Shown: positions 35,640 to 43,546 of the stretch, piece after piece
How the letters are laid out: each line of letters starts with the position of its first letter
Position numbering within the stretch: the stretch's first letter is position 1
DNA from: an uncultured Planctomycetaceae bacterium
Lineage (GTDB): Bacteria > Planctomycetota > Planctomycetia > Planctomycetales > Planctomycetaceae
DNA: 64,000 nucleotides
Reading direction: 5' to 3'
Assembly (NCBI GenBank): GCA_963976765.1
Contig: CAXBME010000003.1
Coordinates: 1 to 64,000 of the forward strand
Position numbers and translations under genes: made by a program
Notes under the pieces: model-generated
The model's database searches: none
Seen by the model: the letters and a program-made list of their open reading frames with translations, nothing else
What the model was told of the DNA's origin: nothing

Positions 35640-37250
35640 CTACACAAGTGGTGCGAAGCGTCGAACGATTTCACGAGCGGCTCGCAGACCGTCGACGGCG
35701 GCAGTAATGATCCCGCCAGCGTAGCCAGCTCCCTCACCGACCGGATACAGCCCGGCAAAGCCTGGAGTCTCGAACGACATCCGGTCACGTGAAATTCTGA
35801 CCGGAGCGCTGCCTCGCATTTCCGGACCGACCAGCGTCGCGTTTTTCAGGAAATCGCCGCGCCACTTCTTATCCATGACTGGTAACCCCTTGCGAATTGC
35901 TGCAACGACGGCGTAAGGCAACACGCCCTCAAGGTTAGTCGGCACGGTACCGCGAGCGTACGACGACGGAAGTCTTTCGTTCGGATCAGGGGTTCGTTGC
36001 TGGAGAAAATCTGTCGCCGACTGAATGGGTGCAAAGTAGTCACCGCCAGCCAGCTGAAACGCTACCGCCTCGAACTTTCGTTGAATCTCGATTCCGGCGA
36101 GAGGGTGATCGCTACCAAATTCGTTCGGCTCAAGCGTGACCATCAGTCCGCTGTTCGCGAACGGCGTGTTGTGCCGTGAACTGCTCATCCCGTTTGAGCA
36201 GAAATACCCCGGCTCGGAAATACTGGGAATCACTTCCCCGCCAGCACACATGCAGAAGGTGTAAAGGTCGCGCTGCCCCTTCGCGGTAAGCGTATAATCG
36301 GCGGCGCCGAGAATCGACTCGTACTCAGGCTTGCCATACTTGTGGCTGTTGACCTGCTCCTGTGGCTGCTCGATTCGCAGCCCGAGCTGAAACGCTTTCT
36401 GCTCGAAAGGAACTCCCTGATCATAGAGTTGCCGGTAGGTGTCTCTCGCGCTGTGTCCGATACCGAGGATAACTCTGTTCGTCGAAATGTGGCCGCCTGA
36501 AGTCCGAAGGCCGACCACTCGCCCTTCACAGACATCAAGCCCTTCAACACAGCATTCGAACCGATACTCACCGCCCAGTTCTTCGATGCGGCGTCGGAAG
36601 TTTCGAACGACCATCGGCAATCGGTTACTGCCCAGGTGAGGTCGATTCTCGTAAACAATGGCAGGCTTTCCGCTGCACTCGGCGAACCTCTGCATCACCC
36701 AATCGACATCGGGCCCGGTCAGGCGACAAGTCAGTTTGCCATCGCTGAATGTCCCGGCTCCGCCTTCGCCGAACAAGTAGTTGTTGTGACCTTCGAATGG
36801 ACCGCCAGAATCAAAACGTCGAATTGCCGGGACACGTTCCTTCACCGCGCAGCCACGTTCGAGAATCAGCGGCCGATAACCCTTCTGCGCGAGGTAAAGT
36901 CCCGCCAGAATTCCCGCCGGCCCCGATCCCACGACAACAGGCCGATGTTCGAGAGATTCCCGCCCCGAATTCGGATCATCAAACGGCTTCGGCTGCCAGA
37001 CGTCGACATGAGGAATTCGCTGATCAACTAAACGTCTCAGAGCATCCCTCGGGAGCTCCACCGCTACCGTATAGACAAACTTGAGGCTGTATCGCTGCCG
37101 CGCGTCGAGACTCTTGCGCAGGATTCGATAGTTGAGCAGGTCTGCAGAATCGACGCCAAGCAGCTGGCCAAGTTCGTTCGGCAGATCGGTCTCTGGAGCC
37201 TCGACCGGCAATTGAAGATTGGAGACTCGGAGCGGCATGAGTTCGTTCAT
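35640..37250 (-). CDS. NAD(P)/FAD-dependent oxidoreductase (COG2509-like)
   Basis: VVGSGPAG, FGEGGAGTFSDGKL, GHSARD, TFCMCAGG, GEGAGYAGGI. Confidence 0.88.
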   Translation of the reverse strand: MNELMPLRVSNLQLPVEAPETDLPNELGQLLGVDSADLLNYRILRKSLDARQRYSLKFVYTVAVELPRDALRRLVDQRIPHVDVWQPKPFDDPNSGRESLEHRPVVVGSGPAGILAGLYLAQKGYRPLILERGCAVKERVPAIRRFDSGGPFEGHNNYLFGEGGAGTFSDGKLTCRLTGPDVDWVMQRFAECSGKPAIVYENRPHLGSNRLPMVVRNFRRRIEELGGEYRFECCVEGLDVCEGRVVGLRTSGGHISTNRVILGIGHSARDTYRQLYDQGVPFEQKAFQLGLRIEQPQEQVNSHKYGKPEYESILGAADYTLTAKGQRDLYTFCMCAGGEVIPSISEPGYFCSNGMSSSRHNTPFANSGLMVTLEPNEFGSDHPLAGIEIQRKFEAVAFQLAGGDYFAPIQSATDFLQQRTPDPNERLPSSYARGTVPTNLEGVLPYAVVAAIRKGLPVMDKKWRGDFLKNATLVGPEMRGSAPVRISRDRMSFETPGFAGLYPVGEGAGYAGGIITAAVDGLRAAREIVRRFAPLV

Positions 37251-37386
37251 TCGTAGAGCGACAGAAACTGAAAGTACGAGTATTACAGCACATCAACCGT
37301 GCAGTCTTTGAAACATCGCTGACGACCGTCGACGTGCGTCCGGCTTGAAGATCTGCCGGATCAGGAATGGTGACGCTTTCTCAGCT

Positions 37387-38964
37387 TTACTCGACACGGT
37401 ACGACTGCGAAAGCGTCTTCATCGAGTCAATCTGCTTTTCGTCCAGTCCGTGACTCCAGGCAATTTCAACCTGTGCCGCGCTGTTGCCGGTCATTTCCCG
37501 AAGAGTCACTTCAATGTTTCCTCGTTCGTTATAACCGTATGCAACTTCGACTGGCGACCCTTTGGGAAGGTTCTCGGGCAGCCCGACGAGCCGGAAATCC
37601 CCGATGAACGTGCAGCTTGAGATGTCACTTGCCTCGCCTTCAAGAAGTCGAATGTGCAGCGACCGGGGATTGTCTGATGTGGTCTTGAAACGTTGCCTGA
37701 CCTCAGTTGGCAGTGGCGAATTCCGAGGAATCATGATGTGATTTTTTCGAATCTTTGGATCGTCCGGGTCTCGAACTTCCACACCCAGTGAGTGCGAATT
37801 CACATCGTTCGTGGTGACCGACCGAAGGCGACGCTGCAATGCTTCAGCCGCCTGGCCACGTCCGTCAGTATGCTGCGCCTGCAGAATCGCCGCGTGGATG
37901 GCTGCCCCCTGCGCGACTGCTGTCTGAGGATTAAGTTCTCTGGATGGCTTTCTCCCCGTGCATTGTTCCAGAATTTCTGCAATCACCGGCATCGATGTTG
38001 AACCACCGACCAGAAGCACTTCATCCAGGGACATTGGATCAACACCCGCCTGATCCAGCGTGAATTCCGTCGTGTCACGAGTACGTTGAACCAGATCCTG
38101 AGTCAGCTCTTCAAATTTCTCCCGCTTGATCTCCTGGTCAAGTGTCTGCCCACGATACTCGAAACAGATCGTTGACTTCCCCCAAAGGCTGAGTTCACGT
38201 TTCGCAGCCTCTGACTCCACCATCAACGCCTTGTGTGCCAGCGCGTCGCCGCGGGGATCGAGTCCGAACTTCAATTCAAACTGCTCAGCAACATACTCGA
38301 CCATCCGCTCGGTCCAGTCGATCCCTCCCAGCATCGTGTCACCGTCCGTACCGATGACGGCGAACTCGGTCGGCGTGTATCGCACAACGGTGACGTCAAA
38401 CGTGCCGCCGCCGAGATCGTAAACCAGAATGGTCCGCTCTTTATTCGGCAGGTCGGCATTCCCGAGTTCACCTTTCTGCCAGGCGTACGCCAACGTTGCA
38501 GCCGTCGGCTCGTTGATAATGTCGACAACGTTCAGCCCGGCAATTCTTCCCGCATGCCGCGTCGCCTGCCGCTTCGGCTCGTTGAAGTAGTACGGGACCG
38601 TGATCACGGCATTGCGAATCGGCTTAAACAGTTCCTCAGCATCCTGGCGAAGCTTGGTCAGGATCATCGAGGAAATCAGTTCGGGCGTCAGTCGCCGACC
38701 TTCGTGATACAGCTCGAACCTGCTGTCACCCATCTGCCGCTTGATTCCGAGCACAACCCGCTCTGGAGCTTCTTCCGCGACAAGTTCCGGCGACGGCCCC
38801 ACAATGACGCGACCACCATCACCAAGAATCAGGATCGAAGGGGTAATCGGACGGCCCTGGCTGTTCTCCAGAATGACCGGCTCTCCGTCGTCATCAAGGC
38901 GCGCAATGGCCGAATACGAAGTCCCCAGGTCAATCCCGACGGTATGGCCGTCTTCAAATTTCAT
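37387..38964 (-). CDS. Hsp70/DnaK-like protein (short paralogue without a C-terminal lid)
   Basis: GIDLGTSYS, AVITVPYYF, INEPTAA, YDLGGGTFD, LLVGGST. It is 525 aa and ends just after the beta substrate-binding subdomain. Confidence 0.9.
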   Translation of the reverse strand: MKFEDGHTVGIDLGTSYSAIARLDDDGEPVILENSQGRPITPSILILGDGGRVIVGPSPELVAEEAPERVVLGIKRQMGDSRFELYHEGRRLTPELISSMILTKLRQDAEELFKPIRNAVITVPYYFNEPKRQATRHAGRIAGLNVVDIINEPTAATLAYAWQKGELGNADLPNKERTILVYDLGGGTFDVTVVRYTPTEFAVIGTDGDTMLGGIDWTERMVEYVAEQFELKFGLDPRGDALAHKALMVESEAAKRELSLWGKSTICFEYRGQTLDQEIKREKFEELTQDLVQRTRDTTEFTLDQAGVDPMSLDEVLLVGGSTSMPVIAEILEQCTGRKPSRELNPQTAVAQGAAIHAAILQAQHTDGRGQAAEALQRRLRSVTTNDVNSHSLGVEVRDPDDPKIRKNHIMIPRNSPLPTEVRQRFKTTSDNPRSLHIRLLEGEASDISSCTFIGDFRLVGLPENLPKGSPVEVAYGYNERGNIEVTLREMTGNSAAQVEIAWSHGLDEKQIDSMKTLSQSYRVE

Positions 38965-39176
38965 CGGTAAATCTCACACGAGTGTTCGTCGCGAAGCCTG
39001 ACCCGAACGCCAACTGGCTCACACTTTACCGACTCGCACACACGTGTGGAAATCGTCCAGAGCCTGGACTTGAACCTGGTGAAACTGAATTGAACTGGCG
39101 TTGGCAACCGTATGTGCTCTTGTCGTAAGTCCCGCCAGGGCAGGAACCCCCTGAACTGAATGGGTAAATCGAGAAT

Positions 39177-42100
39177 TCATCGTTTTACCAGTCTAGCCAG
39201 CCAGATATCGAATGAACCTTCGCCGCCGTCCATATTCGATGTGAAGAGTAACGTGCGGTTGTCGTCAAGGAGCCTGGGAGAACCACTGGAGACTGCGTCG
39301 TCAGGGATATCGGGAAAAAGCAGAGCCGGAGGAGACCAGGTGACATTGCTTTCCGGGCGAGTGGAGAAGAACAGTCGCGTCTGGCGAGTGTCCTTGCCGT
39401 TATCGATTTCCTGAGCGAAAACATACATCCGGCCATCGTCACTTAATGTTCCTGAATTCTGGACGGGCGAGACGATCGGCAACAGGTTTTCACTCGAATC
39501 CACAAATGGGGAATTCAGGGACTCACGCCGCCAGATCATCAGCTTTCCGCTGGTCTGAACCTGGTCCTGATCTGATCTCAGCTTGCCCGAGCGAAAAGCC
39601 GTCAGTCCATTCGGAGTCGCTTCGTAATACTTCAACATGCCGTCCGAGTACGCATCGGGAGTCGCCTCGGACCAGGAAGCATCGAGACTTTCTCTGAAAG
39701 AGTGCATCAGGAAGTTTCCGTCTCTTTTGAACCACAGGCTGAGACCATCGCTCGAAATACGTGGCTGTTCTTCTTTCAAGTCGGTGTTGATTTCGCCAGA
39801 CATTCGCACCGGTTCAGACCATGGTGCCTCTGGTGAACTGCGTGTTGCGATCCACAGATCGCGATTGCCCGGTGGCTGCTGATCTCGCAACGACGAATAG
39901 ACGATTGTCCGTCGGTCCGCCGTCATATCCGCTCCGAACACGAGCGCGGGAGAATTGATTGTTGGGCCAAGGTTCTTTTCGACCCGCCATTCCCATTCAC
40001 CGGAAGTGAGCAGGTCGGCCGGAGATTTCGGGACGGATTGTTCTGGAAGAGGCGACTTCTCTGTTTCCACAAGTCTTGCCATATAGATTTCGTGACGAGG
40101 AGGGCCTTCATCCGGTGCATCCGCCGTGAAGAGCAGAGTTCGATTTCCAAACTGCAGACGCACTTCCTGAACTCTGTCGAAAGAAGAAAGTATCGATACA
40201 GGGCGGTTCCATGGTGCGTTCCGGTCAGTTCGCGCCACCATGAAGAGTTTGGTCGCCCCAGGGGATTCAGGTAATGCGACTGCCTGAACATAGATCAGCA
40301 GGCGACCATCGTTACTCAGTGTGGCAGCCCTCATCGGCAATCCGGAATCCCCAAGCAAACTCGTGGTCACCTCTCCAAATGGCTCATCCGTCGAATTCCT
40401 TCGACACAACCTCAGGAGATGCGATGAATCGGCGTTCGGCGGTGTCTGTCGTTGCAGACTAAAGGCCGTTAGTCCGTCTCTCGTCAGTCTGTGATTCTTA
40501 CCCAACGGATTCTTGCCGCACTCGGCAGGCACTGACCATTTTTCTTCGCTGCTTTTTCGATGGATTGTCAGCAACTCAAAGCCCGACTCCCCGTGTCGCT
40601 GGAAGGTGAGAGTCATTCCGTTGTCGGACAATTGAGGAAGGATCTCGAATCCTTCTGTGTTCACGGACTCCGGCAGGCGAACTAATTCCGACCATGATGC
40701 ATTTTCTGCCACGCGCGTTGCCATGAACAGGTCGCGGTTACCATCCTTCAGACCTTGCGATGATGAAACGACGATTGTCAGTCCATCGGCGGTCATGTCA
40801 GCGCCGAACTCCATATCTGGCGAATTAATCGGCTCCGGCAGTTTCTGGTCGAGCTGCCATTCCCATCGGCCTGATGAAATCAGGTCTGCCGCTGACACGA
40901 AATCTGTGTCCGAGCTTACTTCAGAGTTCACCGGTTCGCCGTTATCGGAACGCAGGCCCGATGTGGGCGTGACCGACCGGCTGGCAAAAGTTTCGTCGCC
41001 TGCATGGGGTGCCGATTCAACAACAGTGGTCCCACGTTCCGGCCAGTTGATCGCGACCAGTGCAACGGCAGCGACCGCACTGACCGCCCACAAAAGACGG
41101 GAAGCAGCAGTTCGTCCTTGCGGAGAGACCTGCCGGGCAGACGTCTTCGACCCGCTGTTTTCCATGTCGGACGTCGTTGTTTCTACAGCAGCAGTAGCAG
41201 TGGTAGAAACGGAGCCAGTCGTGCTTGCTTCCCGAATCGGAGCTGCGATGCGGCAGTCGTCCAGCGCTACCAGGAATTGGGCGATGGACTGAAATCGCTC
41301 CTCGGGCTTCTTGGCCACCATTCTGCGAAAGATGCCGTCAACGGAATCCGGAACGTCGGGACGTTTGTCCCTGAGCGACGGAATGTCGGCTTCGCGATGC
41401 TCGACGAAGACCTTAAAGACCGTGCTCCCGGAATATGGCGTGTCGCCGGTCAACAGATAATAAAAAGTGCATCCGAGACTGTAGATGTCGGATCGAAAGT
41501 CGACGAGGTGAGCGTCAAGGGACTGCTCCGGAGCCATGAACGAGGCCGTTCCGAAAATAGCTCCGGCGGCGGTCAGTTCCGTCCGAGTGACATAAGGACG
41601 TCCGCTGTCGTTCTCCGCTTCGTCCGCAGAATTCTGACACAGTGATTCGTCGATATGAGCCAGACCAAGGTCCAGAATCTTCACGACGCCCTGATCGCTG
41701 AGCAGCAGGTTTCCCGGCTTGATATCTCGGTGAACGATTCCACGCTCGTGCGCATGCTGCAACCCCACCGCTGCCTGACGAATGCAGTCGACGGCCCTGT
41801 CGAGCGGCAGAGGTCCGGAATCCCGCACGATCCGGTTCAGGTTTGCCCCCCGCACATACTCCATCACCAGGAAACTAACGCCACGGGCTTTGTCGGCGTC
41901 ATAGGCCCGCACGATATTGGGGTGCTCCAGTGTCGCGGCGACACGAACTTCACGCTGAAAGCGTTTCACCAGATCGGCAGACCCCAGCATCTGACGCGAG
42001 ATCATCTTGACGGCAACGACACGGTTCATCGTGCGATGAATCGCTTTAAAAACCATACCCATCCCGCCAACATCGATCAGGTCGAGAATGAGATACTTAT

Positions 42101-42563
42101 CAATCAGCAGCTCTGGCTCACCCTTCAGTAACGCGGACGCCTGGTACTCTGTTAATTTCCCTTCAGTCACCAGACGCGACGCAAGCTGACGTGGCTCCAT
42201 CGACGGATCTCCCGACGCCATGGAATCGCTCACCGACGCAAACTCATCCGGGGACAACACTCCGACTTCCGAAAGCTTTGAGAGGAAGTCGTCAGAATTG
42301 ATCCTGGAAGGCTGACCGTGCCCCGTCTGGATCTGCGTTTTGTCGTCTCCGTCAAGTCGAGGGATGTCAGCGATGACTTGATCTAGGTCCTTTTCAAGGG
42401 GATCCAGGCCTGGCTCAGCGTGGTCCAAAAGCGACAGCACCTCGGCGATCAGGGCACCGTCCGAAACACACTCCCGCCTGAGCCATGCATCACGTTTCTC
42501 GGCGGGCACTTCGAGTGCTGCAAGAAACATCTGCTGAATCTGCTTTGCGCGAGAATTTGACAT
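39177..42563 (-). CDS. Membrane Ser/Thr kinase with duplicated extracytoplasmic PD40/TolB-like beta-propeller region
   Basis: GGMGMVFKA, VAVK, HRDIKPGN, LDLGLA, GTASFMAPEQ, DIYSLG; TM segment LLWAVSAVAAVALVAINW; two copies of ADLxxSGxWEW...INSP...GADMTAD...DL(F/W)xATR. Start chosen at ATG 42563, immediately after the ECF stop codon. Confidence 0.9.
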   Translation of the reverse strand: MSNSRAKQIQQMFLAALEVPAEKRDAWLRRECVSDGALIAEVLSLLDHAEPGLDPLEKDLDQVIADIPRLDGDDKTQIQTGHGQPSRINSDDFLSKLSEVGVLSPDEFASVSDSMASGDPSMEPRQLASRLVTEGKLTEYQASALLKGEPELLIDKYLILDLIDVGGMGMVFKAIHRTMNRVVAVKMISRQMLGSADLVKRFQREVRVAATLEHPNIVRAYDADKARGVSFLVMEYVRGANLNRIVRDSGPLPLDRAVDCIRQAAVGLQHAHERGIVHRDIKPGNLLLSDQGVVKILDLGLAHIDESLCQNSADEAENDSGRPYVTRTELTAAGAIFGTASFMAPEQSLDAHLVDFRSDIYSLGCTFYYLLTGDTPYSGSTVFKVFVEHREADIPSLRDKRPDVPDSVDGIFRRMVAKKPEERFQSIAQFLVALDDCRIAAPIREASTTGSVSTTATAAVETTTSDMENSGSKTSARQVSPQGRTAASRLLWAVSAVAAVALVAINWPERGTTVVESAPHAGDETFASRSVTPTSGLRSDNGEPVNSEVSSDTDFVSAADLISSGRWEWQLDQKLPEPINSPDMEFGADMTADGLTIVVSSSQGLKDGNRDLFMATRVAENASWSELVRLPESVNTEGFEILPQLSDNGMTLTFQRHGESGFELLTIHRKSSEEKWSVPAECGKNPLGKNHRLTRDGLTAFSLQRQTPPNADSSHLLRLCRRNSTDEPFGEVTTSLLGDSGLPMRAATLSNDGRLLIYVQAVALPESPGATKLFMVARTDRNAPWNRPVSILSSFDRVQEVRLQFGNRTLLFTADAPDEGPPRHEIYMARLVETEKSPLPEQSVPKSPADLLTSGEWEWRVEKNLGPTINSPALVFGADMTADRRTIVYSSLRDQQPPGNRDLWIATRSSPEAPWSEPVRMSGEINTDLKEEQPRISSDGLSLWFKRDGNFLMHSFRESLDASWSEATPDAYSDGMLKYYEATPNGLTAFRSGKLRSDQDQVQTSGKLMIWRRESLNSPFVDSSENLLPIVSPVQNSGTLSDDGRMYVFAQEIDNGKDTRQTRLFFSTRPESNVTWSPPALLFPDIPDDAVSSGSPRLLDDNRTLLFTSNMDGGEGSFDIWLARLVKR

Positions 42564-42564
42564 C

Positions 42565-43107
42565 TCAGTCTTTGCCTTCTGATTCCGGACCAAGCTGGCG
42601 GTAGAGCCATGCCTTCGCGAATTTCCAGTCGTTGTTGACTGTTCTCAGAGAAACGTCCAGTTGTGCAGCAACCTCTTCGCCAGTTAATCCGCCAAAAAAC
42701 TTCAGCTCGACAATCCTTGCTGCTCTTGGCATTTCAGACGCGAGAGCCTCAAGCGCATCGTTGAGTTCCAGCACGTCTAATCCTTTGGCGTCATCCGCGA
42801 CTGAAATGTGCAATGGAATTCCGCGCCCGTCGTTGCCGCCACGTTTCAGCCGCTTCCGGCCTCGAGCATAATCAACCAGAAGCCGCCGAATGATCGTCGC
42901 ACCAGCCGCCAGCATCAGCGAGCGGTTGGCGGAATCCAGATTCTCCTGTTCCTGCAGACGCAAATAAGCATCGTTGACCAGAAGCGTCGGCTGCAGGGAG
43001 TGACCAGCGCGTTCACGGCTCAAAGCCTTCTCGGCGAGTCCGTGCAGTTGATCGTAAATCGACTGGTTCCAGTGGGCTGATTGGTCACCTGGTAATTGAG
43101 CCGTCAT
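42565..43107 (-). CDS. ECF sigma factor, TIGR02999 (Rhodopirellula/Verrucomicrobium) type
   Basis: YDQLHGLA...HSLQPTLLVNDAYLRL...RRLLVDYAR...KRGG...ARIVELKFFGGLT.EEVA..LDVSLRTVNNDWKFAKAWL, with an AGAGGA RBS. Confidence 0.92.
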   Translation of the reverse strand: MTAQLPGDQSAHWNQSIYDQLHGLAEKALSRERAGHSLQPTLLVNDAYLRLQEQENLDSANRSLMLAAGATIIRRLLVDYARGRKRLKRGGNDGRGIPLHISVADDAKGLDVLELNDALEALASEMPRAARIVELKFFGGLTGEEVAAQLDVSLRTVNNDWKFAKAWLYRQLGPESEGKD

Positions 43108-43546
43108 GCGTCCTCTGCTGCCAATCCTGACTTGCGAATCCAGGTATGAATTGCCCCAGCGAGGCCGTTGCCTGTCGCTGAAACCTGAGCGATCCAGCTG
43201 CCAATTTTCTGCTCATTTTCCAGAAACACAAGTACGACACGCAGTTAGAACTCGTTCCAGCGGTAATCCGAGAGTTAATCCTGTAATTCGTCGAAAAACC
43301 GCCAACGCCGTTGCACAACCAGACCGGCAACGTCGCCAAGAGCTTTGAAGGCGGATTCCACCAACTCCCGTCGCTTCCGCGACAGGCTTCCGTTTCTGGG
43401 GAAAGACAATCGTGCCAGTGTACGACTCGACTGACCATTAACTGGACGACGATCTCCAGGAACAGGCCGCCAGCAATTCCGCGAGCACCGGAACATCACT
43501 GGGCGCGTCCGGGCACACATCGCAGATTCATCAGAAAGGTATTTCC

